From assembly GCF_009834535.1 (NCBI RefSeq), contig NC_045707.1, forward strand, positions 11,532,001 through 11,596,000: a DNA stretch of 64,000 nt, given 5' to 3'. Under the pieces are notes generated by a model. The model ran no database searches and had not been told where the DNA came from. It was given only the letters and a program-made list of their open reading frames with translations. Origin of the DNA: Camelus ferus (Eukaryota). How positions within the stretch are numbered: the first letter of the stretch is position 1; the number at the start of each line of letters is the position of its first letter. A program made the translations under genes and the position numbers. Positions 12,481 to 26,599 of the stretch are shown in pieces.

Positions 12481-15400
12481 TGCAGAAGTGCAAACAGCAG
12501 GGGCTGTGAGGGCGGCTGGGGGAGAGCATCCTCAGGGGGGCACTCACGAGGGCGCCTGCCGACCACACGCTCAGGCCAGCGTGCCCCGGAAGTCCTCTCC
12601 CAGCCTCCTGCCAGGGCACTGTGACCACTGAAGTCTGAAGGCCAGAAGATCCAGGATGACGGGAGGACCATGGGCTCCCATTACTCTTCTGCCCCACCAT
12701 CCTTTTTCAGTATCTTCTGGTCTCAAGATTGCCTCATGTTCCAAGATGGCTGCTGATTCCCAGCAGTCTCATCCCCACTCCAGGCAAGAAGCAGGAGGAG
12801 GTGGAAGAAGATGGGAGACTGCAGGCCCTGCTCCATGCTTCCCTCTGGGGAGGGAAGGGGCTGGAATGGTGGAGGGGCAGGAGGGGTTTCACGGACTGCT
12901 CTGGTATTTTATTTTCAAAAATCATAATTAATAACAAATATGGACAATTTGAAAATTTGTTACAGACAAGACTAACAAAGCAAGGTTTTACGGGATTTAC
13001 TCCCTGTGGTTTCATTTATGTTCGATTGGAACGGTTCCTAGGAAGAAACAGGAATGAAAGAGGAGGTGAATTTAATACATTGACTACTGTTAATGATATG
13101 AAATGATTCATTGACTTGTAACAATAATAACCAGCAACTGACCTGTTAGCATCCCCTCCCTCCTGCAAGGAAGTCAGAGCTGCCAGGAAGCCAGGAGGAC
13201 CCCCCAGTGGAAGCCTCCAGCTCTGTGACTTGTGTGATGGTCTGTGCGGCCGCCTCCTCCGCCCAGTGTCTATCCCCCTCTTCCTCACCTTTTCTTATGG
13301 CCCTTTTCTCGTGCTTTTCCCAGTCAAGCACAGCTTCCCCCGTCCAGGTCATCTGAACATGACCTTCAGTTACAGCCTGTCCACACACCTCCGGGTACCG
13401 CACGGATCTTTGATGCTCTGCCTGCTTGGAGCCCGTCCACTGTGGATGTAAACAACCTGGCCTTTAAGTACCTGCTTCCAGGTGGTCCTCCCGAGCACCT
13501 GGGCCAGGTGACCTCGGCTCAGTGCCCCTGGGAGCTCTGGTCACGTGCCGGGTCCTCTCTCTCAGCCCAGAGCCAGTGCGGGCTGACCCTGGAGCAGGTG
13601 CACATCAGGGTCGGGCTCGCATCTAAGCTAGCACCTGGCACACACCTCCACCTGCGAGAGCTGGATGCGGGTAGAAGACGCCACCAGGAACGTGGGGAGC
13701 ACCGAGCCCGTCAGGCGAGAGAGAGACGGACGAATGCAGCTCCACACACGTTTCATTTCCGGACCATCCTAATGGGAACGATGTTTTAGAAAGCATTTCG
13801 TGGCCCCCAAACAGAAGCACAGCCCCGTGCCCGGCCCGGGGCACCCGCAGAGCCCAGCACCTGCTCCCTCTCTCGCTGTCTGCCCGTTGTCTGTCTCTTT
13901 GCCCTCCATGCTTCCTCCAGTCTGCTGGCTGGCTGCTCATTACGCGTTCTTGCCAAAGAGGCTCATGGTTTCTGCCCCTTTAAATCGTTTCCAAATACGT
14001 CGCTTAAAATGGGCTGCTGGCTTCTGAGCAGCCACGGGGAAAGCTCTATTTCAGGGGTGGGGGGAGGGAAGGGGGGCCCTGAAGCTCCGGACCTGGCGCC
14101 CCCAGCCTCAGGCCGGCCCATCGCCCCGTGATGCACCTGCTGCCCGTGTTGGAGTCGGGTGCCTCCTGGGGGGCCTGCTGCCCAGGGGGCTCGAGGCTGG
14201 CAGGGGAGGGGGATGGCATTCCAGTCCCAGGAGCCTTGAGAAGGACCGTCCCCGGGAGCCCGTCTTGTTCCCAGAGCTCGGCACAGCGGATGCCCCGCGG
14301 GGGATGCGGAGGGACGTCAGCCGATGTGCCGGGTCCTGTTGGGCTGGAGGGTCCGTGGCTCCAGGGCCGTGCAGAGGCCCCCACCTCCCGGCTCCTCCAT
14401 CGCACAGCAGGAAGGGAGGGGGCGGTAAACTGCGAGTTGACTGGCTGTGGCTGCCACCCCGTGGGGCCGGCTCAGCCGTGGGCGAGGGGTCCCGACGCCA
14501 AGAAGTGAGAAAACTGGCAGCTGGCTGTAAATAAACTGCCAGCAAATAAGGCACCTGCTGAATTAAGATGCAAAGCGTTTCTTCCAGCTCCCTGATAACC
14601 ACTGAACGGTAAAATCACTGGTCTTTCCATGGAAGAAATTAGCATTAATAAGATAAAACTGTATTTGGAATAACTGACATTTTGATGAATGTGCCGGCAG
14701 GATTGGATGTGAGACTTGTGATGGATAATATTTTGGGTTGCCTGGGGTTGCGTTTAATTGTTCCTTCTCCGTTCTCAACTTTAGTTAAGTGAAATAGAAA
14801 CCCTGGGTAATGTTGGAATTTATCTTTCGGGAGGCAGACGCAGGCCTTAATGATCAATCCGGGCTGACAGCCGCTCCACCCGCGGGAAGCAGGCGAGCTC
14901 AGAGCCGGTGGAGCTGCGCCCCACGCCCTGGGACCGCGCGCTACCTGCAGGCAGGGGCGCCGCCTCCCGGCCGGTCCCTCCTCCCCGGTGCTCAGCCAGG
15001 CGGGGCGCCTGGGAGCGGGGGCTGAACGTCCGCACAGAAGTGAGCACACTCAGCTGGAAGCCCTCTTGTCCCACCGTGAAAAGCCCGCAGGAGAGCTGAC
15101 GTCTGGAGCCCGGGGGGAGCATGGGCGTTAACAGAACAAGACTGAATGGCGCTCCTGCCCTCAGATCTCCCTCAGGCTCAAGCTGGTGGCCTGAGCTGCC
15201 TTCACAGGCCCGTCACTTCCATTCCTATGGATGCAGGTGCCCCGGGCGTGGGCTTCTGCCAGCCCGCAGCCTGGATTCGGGGCTCTGCCCCCCACAGGTG
15301 AGCCCACCATCCTCTGCCCCAATCCTCCAGACAGACAGCGAGGGACCCCTTCTCACTCCGGCTGGTCTTGCCCGCCAGGCTGCCATCGTGTGCCCACACG

Positions 15401-15849
15401 ACCATGCACCAGGCCACTTCATCCTGCTCCTCGCCTGTGTCCCCAGCTCCCAGCACAGTGGCCGGCAGAAGTCACTTTGCACCTGTGTGTCACATGCAGC
15501 AGGATCGCCCGTCTCTCTGTCTCTTGTCTTTGCCTAAACATTGAACTCTTGCAAGGAAAGCACCACACGGACACGCCTATGTCCCCAGGTCTGAGCACCA
15601 TCTACGCGAATCCTCGGAGGAGACAGCGAGGAAGGCCCGGAGCGCGGCCTCTGTGGGGGCCATGGTCTCCCAGGATAAGGCTGCCACCCCAGAGCCGGGC
15701 CGGGGGCCGGCCCACCGGGCCTCGGGCTCCCCCGCAATGCCAGGAACCAGCAGCCCTGGAGAGGAGGGTTTGGGAGTGGGCCGGGGACCTGGGGCCAGAG
15801 TGCAGGGACCCCAGTGACGGTTTGTCAAAAGTCCTTGGAGGAAGGGAAG

Positions 15850-17170
15850 TAAGACCTGAATCTTTGCAAAGGAATACTGGGTTATTGGATGAAAAGACAG
15901 AAGAAAGTAGAAAATACCAATTTCCACAAACTAATATAAACTCTAAGGTAATTCCAAATAGAATTCCAGTGCATGTGCGTGTGTGAGTGTGTCATTTGCA
16001 TAAAATAATCTTAAGTTCATATAACAAAATACATGTCTCAGAGTCACCAAGAGAACTAGAAAAGAAGGTTGACAGGGCTCTTGCTGGAGAGATCTGAAGT
16101 GCCGGGGATGAAAACCGCAGCAGACGCGTGGGGGGACCGCTCGGGGCGGAGCCCAGGCCGGGCGCGCAGACTCGGCTCTTCCTCTCCGGGGAAGGGGACT
16201 TTGCAGGGAAGCATGCGGACTCTGCGCCCGTCTGTGCAGAAGCAAATGGGCCGGGCTCCCAGTTCACCTCCCACTCAGAGATAAGCAGCAGGTGCGGCAC
16301 ACGTTACAGTATAACACAATACAATCTTAGAAGAAAGTGAGTCTGCGTGTAACCTGTGGTTTCGGCAAATGTTTGTAATGAACATTGGCAACAGAGCAGC
16401 CATTAAAGAAAAAATCATCAAGAAACATATGTGGTTGCGTTTTAACAAACGTGTAGCGTGGTTTTCCAGCACAGAGCAGTCGGGGGGTGACTGGCTGCGA
16501 GCCACAGAGAGCGTCTACAATCAAAATTTAAGAAGACAAGAGAAAATCGGGCAAAGTCCCAGATAGGCACTTACTAGAAAGACCTCAAACGATCAAATAC
16601 GGTATGAAAATTCACAGTCACAAGTAGCCAGAAAACACATATTATTTTAATAAGGAGACACCAATTCTCACCTCTCAGGCAAAAATCAAAAAGGTGACAC
16701 CTCCTGGTGGGGACGTGAAGGAAAGACGATTGGCGTACAGTGCGGGGGTGTGAGCCATAACTGCTCTTTTGGGAAGCCATCTGGATATATACACTGAAAT
16801 TAAAAACACAGAACTGGGGACCCAGCCTTCCCAGCCTGAACACTCATGCGCAAGAGCGAGAGCCACTGTGAGCGAGGCCAGCGGCCGTGTGAGGACAGCG
16901 GGAGGCAGAAAAGTGGCCGCAGGGCCCCAGATTCATTGCACACTGGCAGCATCGCCCAAACCACGGACATGAAATGACGCGGGGTGTGTGTGTGTTTCCG
17001 TGTGAGAGAGTGTGTGTGTGTGCTGAGATGTGCCCGGACGCCACCGTCTCGAGGGCGCCTTAGTCCCAGGGCCGTCCTGTTCTGCCCCGACTGCCTGGCT
17101 CTGGTCCCACTCTCATTCTGAAAGATCATTACTGTATCATTTGTAAAATTCAACCAAGAAAGACGCCGAT
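15850..17170 (+). mobile_element. Old L1 (L1ME-like) ORF2 3' part and 3' end relic
   Basis: tttccacaaactaatataaactctaaggtaattccaaatagaattccag...cttaagttcatataacaaaa, and later aaaatcaaaaaggtgacacctcctggtggggacgtgaagg...gggaagccatctggatatatacactgaaattaaaaacac, follow L1 ORF2/3' order. Confidence 0.6.
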
Positions 17171-19183
17171 GGAAGGCCGCGTCCTGGGAACCACTGAGAA
17201 ACATCACCCTGGCGTGTGGGCTGGGGGTGGGTGAGGGGGCTGACCTCACTGCCTGGTCTTGCTCTTTGCTTCCCCCCAACCCCGACCTGACCCTGAGCTA
17301 CGACAAGCTGGGGGCGGGGGCGGGGGCTTGGGGGGACCCAGAGGTCTCCTTGAGGAAGGCGCCTGGTGGGGACAGGGAGTCGGGGTGTTCGGAGCACAGG
17401 CTCCCCTTTCCATGGCCCAGATTCAGGTTTCAGTGGGCAGGCCCCCAGCACGTGCAGCCCTGCTCTGCGCCGGGCCCTGTGCTCGGTGGGGACACAGAGT
17501 GTGACTCGGAGACGCCTACAAGGGACCATATTCTGGGCAGAATCAGAAGAGGGTGGGGGATCGGGGATGGGGGTGAAGGGAACTGAGAGGGGCCCCCTGG
17601 TGCTCGGGTGTGCCCAGTGCTCACGGCAGCCGGCCCCCTGGTCTGGGTGTGAGAAGGGGAAGTGGGCCAGGGGGTCTCAGGGCTCTGCCCGCTCGGTGCC
17701 CAGGGCCTCCAGAGCGGGAACTTTCTCGGCACCACCGCCCTGTCGCACAGTGCTTCACACTCACCGGTGCAGGCGATTGATCTGAGGGTCTCAGAGGTCG
17801 GGACAGGATCCTGGGGGCTGAGAGAGGGACCGACTCTCCTTCCCAAAGCCCAGGTCACAGTCCAGGTCTGTGTCCCACGGGGCCACAGCCTCGAAGTGAC
17901 TGCTGGAGAAGCTGGACTGGGACCAGACCTGCACGGACGGGCCGTGGGGGAGCCGACCTCGCCCCCAAGAGCCCCGGTTAGAGACCAGAGCGTCTCCGTC
18001 CCTGCCCTGCAGAGCGCCCGGCAGGTGGGCTGGGGACGGTGCGGGTGTGACCCCCAGCCCATCTGGGACACTTGGGTCTCAGCCTGCAGGGCACTCGGAA
18101 GCTGGAGGGGCTGTGGTGGAGTCGAAGGAGCCCTGGGTCAGATCCAGGACAGACGGACAGACCCTGCAGAGGATGTGCTGTGAGCCCGCTGCCAGGACAC
18201 GGGGGCGGCCCAGGTTACAGAAGTAACAAGGCCCCAGGGGCTGCCGGCACGTCCTGTCCTTCACCGTCCACGACACTCCTCACCATCCCACCATCTCTGT
18301 GCGCCTATGTTTGCAGTCGTATTATTCCCCACGTGAGGAAAAGGAGGCTGGGAGAGTGGGCAGGGCCTGGCCTTCCTGTCACCCACCGTCCCCAAAGGGC
18401 TTCCAGGGCTGCACCCCAGCTCCACCCTGAGTGATGCCCTGGATCCCTGCGAGGCTTCAGAGGCCTCAGGTGGGGGCGGCGAAAGCAGGCGCCTCAGGCT
18501 CCGGCAGGGCCTGGGATGCGGCCAACCGGGCCAGGGCAGCGGGACGATGGGGTCGGGGCAGAGGTGGCCCAGCAGAGCGCCAGAGCAGCCCAGATGGCGC
18601 CCAGAGGGCGGCCGAGAGCAGGTGTCGCACGCCTTGGACAGTCCCCCTGACCATTTGTCCATGATTAACGGCTGGGTCAGAGCCCAGGAACTACCCCCTC
18701 CCTGGCCTGAGACTGGCTGCATCTGCTCCACCGTCAGGGAGGCCCAGGGCTCTGTGGTCTGTGCACAGCCTGGACCCTGCTTCCCCTGCAATCCGCTCTA
18801 TGGCCCCAAACCACTGAATGTTCCCCAGATGCCCTGGGGGGGGGGTGCAGGCGTCCCCTGGGGTGGGGCAGGGGCAACAGGACGGCAGCACCAGGGTGCG
18901 AGTGCCGTTCAGGGATTCCCATGCTTGGGCCATGCATCCACATGGCTTCCTGCACTAATTTTACTCTGCAAACCCAGACCCGGGCCTGCAGCTCCCCGAG
19001 AGGAGGGAGCAGCTCGCCTGACATGCCTGTGGAGGCTGGGGTGGGTGGTCTCAGTGTGAGAAGCCCTGTGCTGCTTGTGGGGTACCCTCACCGATCTGCC
19101 CAGCAGTCGTCAGGAAGGGGTTGTGAGGGTTAGAGGAAGTGGTGGGGGTAACGCACAGGACGGCTTCTCGGGAAATGTAGCTT

Positions 19184-19396
19184 CATCGTCATCACCATCA
19201 TCACCACCATCATCACCACCATCATCATCACCATCACCATCACCATCATCATTATCACAGTTCCCCCCTCCTCCTCTTCACCTTCATCCTCACCACCATC
19301 ATCACCATCATCACCACCACCACCATCATCATCACCATCGTCACCGCCAAGAGCATCACCTTCATTGTCACTCTCACCGCCATCATTTTATCATTA
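19184..19396. repeat. (CAT/CAC)n trinucleotide low-complexity tract
   Basis: Mixed catcaccat repeats with a short CCT/CTT interruption. Confidence 0.9.
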
Positions 19397-22300
19397 TGTC
19401 CTGATGATGCGCACGTGTGCACAGCTTAGGGTCTCACCTCGAGTTAGGCATCCGATCAGAATTCAGCCTCAGGTCTCTCACACTGACCCCTCATCTGACC
19501 ATTCCCAGGACCAGCCCACCTTTCGGGCCCTTTCCCATCGAGTGGACAGTCACCCCAAGCTCACGTTTCCTCTGAAGACTTGCCCTCTGAGAGTGAACAT
19601 GACCCAGACGCAGGCCGAATCCAGATCGGGGTGTGTGTCCCTCAGGCTCTGAGGGGCCGGCTGTTTCACCCCAGCCAGGCAGCCCCACGGTCAGCATTAC
19701 CCCCGAGAAGAGCAGGAGTGAGGCCGGCTTCACGGGCGGAGTCTCGGGGTAGCGCCCGTCTCACAGCGCTCACTGCAGGTAGTCTGCTGTATTCAGGCAT
19801 TTCCCTCACAAACACAGAAAATCTGTTAATTTGGTGAAAGACTTTAGTTTGTTTTCCACGTGTGGCAGCGAGGTATGCCGGGTAAATACGACACGGACCA
19901 GGGTCTGCCATAAGCCCGAAACCCACGGGTAACCGGCCATCTGGGGCTGGAGGAACACCCAAGGCTCACCGTGTGGGCTAGGGCTGCGCCCCCGCACGCG
20001 CTGCGCCGCGTTCTCCGTGTGAAACCCCAGGGGAGCGTCAGAGTCAGGCCCTGTCCTGCGGGCGCTGCCTTGGGGTGCCCATCGGTGTCCCCAGGAAATC
20101 AGGGTTAGACAGGGTTAGAGAGGGTTGTACAAAGCACAGGGTGAGGGACACACACGTGCCACCAGGCAGGCGGGGCTGTCACGCCAAGGCCCACACAGGC
20201 CAGTGGGTACCCGTGGTGGCCACCTCCAGCAGAGACGCCGCCGGGGGAAGGGCGAGGTGGAGCAGCCGCAGGGGCCTCGCTTTCACACCTGGCACCTCAC
20301 CCAGCAGCCTCTGCTCTCGATCAGTAGTCTTGTCCCCCCCGAATCTGCCAGGTCTGGTGCCCTGTCCCACTGCAGGGATGCTCTGTGCCTGGCCGCACAC
20401 CTCTGCGGCTGAGAGTGTGGCCGCTCCCCGTCTAGACTGGCGAACTGGGCTCCGATGAGCTTAACCGCGACACCAAGTGTCCCCTCTACTGGCTGACGCC
20501 ACTTCCCAGTCCTTGGATCTGCTGTCTCCCCCCAGGTCCAGTCGAGCATGAGGGTCAAAGTCTCCAGAGCCGGATCCCAGTCCTGAGCCCCGCATGGGCC
20601 TCCCTCCTCCTCCCAGACCACGTCAGGGCACCTGCTTACCGGCGGGGACGTGCCTGCAGACCAGCAAGCTCTCCAAAGCTGAGGAGGCAGTCAGTGTGCT
20701 TCTGCGGCCCCAAAGCCAGCCCGCATCCCCTGCTTTCAGCCAGGGGCTTTCGGATTCACGGGTGAGCCACGTGGCCACGCCCTGGGCTCATGCCTGTGTG
20801 CCAGGGGATGCTCAGCCTCCGTCAGCACGCCCGGCCTGCTTGGACCGCAAGCTGCAGAGACGCCTCTCCCAGGCAGTGTTCCCCAGTAATGGGGTCCGTG
20901 TCTCTCCTGTCTGCTCCGCCCCTGGCCCAGGCACCCCCACCCTCTGGGTCTCAGGGAACTTCTTTTACCAGAAATGCTGAGGTGAAGAGGAAGGTGTGGA
21001 GAGAAAGGGGGTTAAAGGCAGAATGGCAGGAAGGGGGTGTCTGTGGGAAGGAGGCTGAGAAAAAGGCTAGAGAAGAAGCAGGCTAGGTGGAGACTGGGTC
21101 CCAGCGGGGCCGGAGGGCGGAGACCCCCATCGTGGGGACAGAGCCCCCACTCCAGCCGGGACGCCGCCCCGCCCTGTGCACAACAGCGGGCCAGGGTCCC
21201 CCAGCACACCCCCCAGTCTCAGCCAGCCCCGCCGCTTCCCAGCCACCAGCCCAGCAGCCCGTCCTGCAGCCGGACACCGAGTCCGTCAAGGCTTCTGCCT
21301 GGGGTCCAGCCTCCCCGAGTCCCGCTGTCCCCAGATGGGGCTCACCCTCCACAGCCGAGCCCAGGGTGAGTGGCACGCTGTGTGCTCTAAGTGTCTCCTC
21401 ATTGGGCAGCCTCTCCGGGAGGGCACCCCCGCCTCCACGCGGGGAGGCCGCTGCGCCGCGGCTTAACGGGCTCCAGCGTTTGCTCTGGAGCCCTTGGTGC
21501 TGACCCTTCACTGCGACGGGTGTCAAAAAGCGACCTTGAGAACTCGCTCTGTAACTTAGGCAGCGCTCACGGTAACACCCTTAAACCCTGCTCCCCACAG
21601 CCGGCGGGAAGCTCTCGCCCCCCCCCCCCAGCGCTCCCTGCCTCGGCAGCGGCGACTCTTTCCCGCACCGCCATCGACCCCGCCGGTCAGCCTGCGCCTC
21701 TGAAGGCCTTTGTCGATACTCGTGGCCAGTACCAGAACCAGTCACTCCTTGGCCATGGTCTGGGGGCCAGGGCACTGGGCGCTGGGCGGCTGTGGGCCCC
21801 TGGGGCTGGAGGAGCGCCCCCCCTCCCGCACTGACAGCATCACTGTCTGGGCCCCGGTGGGCAGCTCTCCGGACGGGTGACGTGCCCGTCAGCCCTGTCT
21901 GCTGGGCGCGGCCCTGTGCAAGCCTGGGCCCCCCCTCCGAGGGAGGACACTGCCGGCGCGAGCCCCTCCCACCACAGCAGGGCCGTGACCTTGACTCTGC
22001 ACTTCTCACCTTGCAGCAGCAGGACACCTGAGGGACCAGACTAGACACTCACCAGGGACCCAGGCAAGGTGGGGAGCAGGACCACGATGTGAATGAACAC
22101 ACAAGCAGTGTGAACACACGCGCACACACACACACGTGCACACACACACGTGCTCACAAATTACATCCCTGGAAGGGCCTGGCTTGGGGCCCGCTCTGCT
22201 AAGGGTTGGATTCCGAACCGAAGACAAAGAAAGCCACCAGCCGTTTCAGTAAACAAAGGAGTTGCGGCCAGCAAGCCATCAGCTGCCCCCCACGCACACC

Positions 22301-22899
22301 CTGGGGGGACGCGGGGTGGGAAAGCCCAGGACGGTCCTGGAGAGCTCAGCGCAGATCAGAGAGGTGATTGCAGGGAGCCCGGACCTCTGCGCCGTCCCAC
22401 ACAAAGAAAAGTGCTAAATTCCTTATGAGATAATGGTTTTCTCTAAGCAAAAGTCACCTTTTGATGTTCTGACTACCTGGCCTTTGTTGCAGAAACGTCT
22501 GTATCTCCCAACCCCTCCCCTGCCTCTTAGGGCTGAGAGGCCGTCCCCCGGGTTCCAGTGCCCAGAAAGGCCGCCGGATAAAACGCAGCTCTCTGCTTGT
22601 ACAACGTGCATTTTTTTCAGTCGACAAACACGGCTCTTCTTTTTCTGCTGCCCCATTTGACACTCTAGTGGGCACCGAGGCTCTGTCCTCCCGGGGGGAC
22701 ACCGAGCTGCTGCCGTGGCCTCCGTCGTAAACGCGCTGTCACGGTGACATTCGGGCGCATGTCTTTGCTCACAAGTGCGAGTCTTTCCTGGAGCAAGGAG
22801 AACGCGCATTTAACCTGGACACACTGGTCGGGTTGCCTCCGGGCAGCCTTGGCCCAAGCGCATTCCTGCCAGAGGCTGGTTCCAAGGCCTGGCCCTCCG

Positions 22900-23900
22900 G
22901 CACCGACCCGGGCTCTGCCACACTCCCCCGCCCTCGCTCCCTCCCGCGGCCGGCTGTTCCTCCTGTCTCAGGACTTTGTCTTCCTCCCGCGCGTCCAGTC
23001 CCTTTCCCACTGTGTCGCCTTCCCCTGCGTGGCTCCTGACTCCCCGCGGGCAGCAGTCTTCGATTTTACATAAATTGCAAGTATTTTCTCTGTTATGTCT
23101 CTTCTCATTGCCTACGAGGCCACTCTTATTGGACATTGTAATTTTCACGTTGTCAAATCTGTCCTTGATGACAGCCTCGGAGCTCTGTGTGTGAGTTCTG
23201 TGCTATTTATTGCACGTGGAGCTAATGCTCCCTGATAGACCATAATGGTTCCCAACAACTTATAAAACTATGATCTCAGCGCTGTCTCTCAGCGCGCAAC
23301 CTTCACCGCACGTGCGGGCCTTTCTCTGGCTTTGATTATTGTTTTCCAGTACGTTTCTGTTTTCATTCCCCTGCTAACACACTCATTATCTTTTTATTGC
23401 CTCGTTCTGCCTGATGCCTGATTGGAATCACTGCGTCATCCTTTGCCTGTATTTTCACAGTTAGACTTGCCAACTTTCTCCTTCATGTACATTTTAAGAT
23501 TAAATTTCACAAGACGTGAAAATGGAATTTGATTGGAATTGCATGAAATTTCTATAGCAATTTGGGAAGCATGTGCATCCTGGCAGCACTGTCTCCCGTG
23601 CCCCCCAAAAGCGCTGTTTGTGGTCCCTTCTAGACAGGCCGCCTCTTACGTCTTTTCAATAACGTGTGTAACTTTCTTAAATCTACACACTGCATTGCAC
23701 ATACTTGTGATTTTTCTGGGCAGTCTGAGTTTCCCTTTGTCAATGTGAATGTGATAAAGCTGCTCCTGGCTGGGGCGTTTGGGGCTGACACCGGCCACGT
23801 TCTGTGCTCCTGAAATAACTCTGGTAGTTTGTTTCTTCCAGTGGATTTTCCAGTTGTCCTCATTCTATCCTGTAAATGATTATACACTTTTTTAAAAAAA
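22900..23900 (-). mobile_element. Antisense old L1 ORF2 relic (L1ME-like)
   Basis: aatggaatttgattggaattgcatgaaatttctatagcaatttgggaag; tcttttcaataacgtgtgtaac; gtggattttccagttg...atcctgtaaatga are typical antisense L1 ORF2 blocks. Confidence 0.65.
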
Positions 23901-24319
23901 ACTCCTTCCTTTCTAGGAAGGAAGCGGAGACGAATGTTGTCCCCTTCAGATGCGGAAGCACCACAGGTTTTCAGGATTAATCAGAGCGCTCGCTGCAGGG
24001 GTGCGGTAGAACCCCACACACACGCTAAAGAAGAGACTTTGCGTCATTAACCTGCTAAAACATCTAAAGATCGGATGGGCGCTCTGTCTGTGGGATGCTT
24101 GGAGCGTTTATCAAGGTGCGCACAGGTGCCATCCCCTCTGTGATTGGTCAACACGCGTGAACACATTTCCTGAACCTGAGGTGGTGTCGCGTTTCAGATT
24201 TAAGCCTTTTCGGTTGTGATGTATCGTCTTTTTAGTACCTTGCTGAAACAGCTCCCCGTCTCTCTCGGAAGCTCTAGAAGGCCCTGTCTGTGCAACGCGA
24301 GGTTCCGTAGAACGATCGT

Positions 24320-26090
24320 GGGTACCGTCTGGACCTGGTGCCTGAGAAAGGGGGACCACTGATAGTTTGAGATTTATTTTTGGTCATTTTCCCCTTGCAG
24401 CTAGTTTTACGCTCGTTAAGAGAATGTTTCTCACTACATTTGTCCAAGTACATCCGTTTCCTGTTTAGCTTTAAAAATGCATCGTTCAGATTTACCAGGT
24501 TTCTGTTACCAGCATTTCAAAAACGGACCTCGTGGTTTCACAAAGATTCCTCTTGTTTCTCTTCATTCTCAGCTTTACTGGGACACAGACAGCGTGTAAT
24601 AAAGAGCCGTGTTTAAACCCTGCAGTTCGCGGCGTTCCGACAGCCGCCCACCCGGTGGGACGGGCACCGGGACCCAGGAGCCAGCTGTGCCCCTCCGTCC
24701 TCCGTCCTCCGTCCTCCCGGTGCCCCGGGCCCCGCTGCCCTGCGCCCTCCTGCTGCTTCCCCCCGGGGCGCTAACACCATACATTTTTTTCCTCTTTTGG
24801 ATCTTTTCATAGCGTCACGAGTCCCTGAGCTGCGCTTGTATTTTTCAACACTTTTCTCCTTTCTGCTGTTCAAAATAATTTCCGTCAGAGTATTTTCAAG
24901 CCAATTTCTCCCTCTACCGTCACCTCGTCTTGGTATGGAGCCCACCAAGTGAGTGTTTCACTTTGCTTACTCAAGAGTTTAGTTCTGAAACGTACATTTG
25001 ATTCTTCTTCAGACGTTCCCTTCCTTGCCGATACGCCGTCTTCCACTTGTTTCGAGAGGGTTCACCTTTACCTACGGTGATGACGGCCGCCCTGAAGGCT
25101 TCGTCTGGTCACCCCCAGTAGCTGTGTCTCCTTAGCTTTAACTTCTGCTTGTTGTTTCCGTCTTGTGAGCTGATGTTTCCCCGGCACTTCGTATGCCGAG
25201 TGACTTTGAATTGCCTTCTGGGCCTTGTCAGCGTTACCCTATGAGACTCGGACTGTTAGAGCCTAAGGGGAGTGTTGCTTCCTGTTGGTTTCGCTTGAAC
25301 AGAAAACCCCAGATTGCGTTCAAGCCTCAGGTTCCAGCCTGTCTTTGTGGACCATGCTCCCAGCGTCAGTCCTGTCCTCAAGCGTTTGCAGAGCCGCCCC
25401 GGTCAGCCCCACGCCACCCCGCGGCCAGCTCGAGTCCTCAGCCTGGGGGTGCCCATCAGGGTCAGACCCACACAGGTGCGGCTCAGAGCCCTCGGCTTGA
25501 TTCATAGCTTCCTGGGTTCGCTTTCTTCGTCTCCTTCCCCATCACCATCCCTCCAGCACTTTCGAGCTCCCAGACGCCCCTCTCGGCCTGGCTGGAAGGT
25601 GGAGGCCGTGTTTCCCGGCTCTGTCACTCATTGGCTGTGACTCCATTTTCATCTGGGTGTTGGTGCCGGGAGGACAGAAGAGGAAGAGAACAGCGGGGAC
25701 CCACTGTGCTCTCCTGGGGTCCCAGCTCCTCGGATCAGAGAAGGGTCCCTCCCCAGGGTCCCAGGGGCCCCCCTGGCTGCCCTGCTGCCCCTGTCTGCTG
25801 CCGTCACCTCTGGTGTATTGCTTGTGGCTGAGAAGAGAGGACAGGGTGATGTTAAAAATAGGGCTCGTCCCCCCACCCTGGTCCTTACAAGCCCCACCCC
25901 CACCCCTCACACCCGCTGTCTTGGAGTTCCTTCTCTTTGTGCTCAGTGTACCCCTCCCAGTTTCTCCAAGTCTCGTGCCCCCCTCGTCTCCAAGCCGGGT
26001 GACACCCAAGGGGAACATGGTGAGCTCACAGGTTCTGCAGGACTTTGAGTTCTGGTCTCCGCCCCCAGCTCATCTGCTGCCATCTGCCTG
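24320..26090 (-). mobile_element. Antisense old L1 ORF1/5' region relic
   Basis: cttttctcctttctgctgttcaaaataatttccgtcagagtattttcaagcc; gagcccaccaagtgagtgtttcac; tagttctgaaacgtacatttgattcttc; gccgccctgaaggcttcgtctgg resemble antisense L1M ORF1 region. Confidence 0.55.
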
Positions 26091-26599
26091 CCCGCGTCCT
26101 CGGGGCGCCGCTCCGGGCAGCCTGTCCGGGACCTGCAGTGGGGCGGGCAGGGTGCAGCCCGCTCACTCCGCCTCGCCTGGAGCCCAGTGCATGTAAGTGC
26201 GATTTTCATCTTTATTTCTGATCTTACGAGACTGGCCGGACGTCTTTTCCCATGATGAAGAGCACCTTGCATTTGTTTCCTGCATTCAGGGCCCCGGCAG
26301 ATCTTCCTGACCGGGTTCGGTCTGTCTTCTTCGTTATTGCGAAAGCCGTCCACATACTGCGCAGCCCCGCGCTCCAGCTGGGATGAGCCGCTTGCGGCTC
26401 CCCAGTCTGCTCTGCGCCATTTTACTGCAAAATGGTTTATACACTTTCCAGGTAGCGCTCCGTGTTGCACCAAGCTCATCGCACTGCTTCTGTGTTTGTG
26501 GGCTGTTTTCTTACTCTTCTCAAGAGTTGGAATTTATCCTCATTTAAAGTGTGGGAAGAGGCTCCAGCTTTCCATGTGGTTACCCAGTTCCCCAAAGCT

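Noticed and set aside
15556-15578. REST/RE1-like sequence agcaccacacggacacgcc
   Set aside because: Spacer of 4 nt instead of 2 and degenerate left half.
18583-18612. Tandem CTCF-like motifs (cccagatggcgc, cccagagggcgg)
   Set aside because: Mismatch at key 5' C positions; such partial matches are common in GC-rich DNA.
19075-19404. Poly-His/Ser/Pro ORF
   Set aside because: Translation of a CAT/CAC simple repeat; no coding context.
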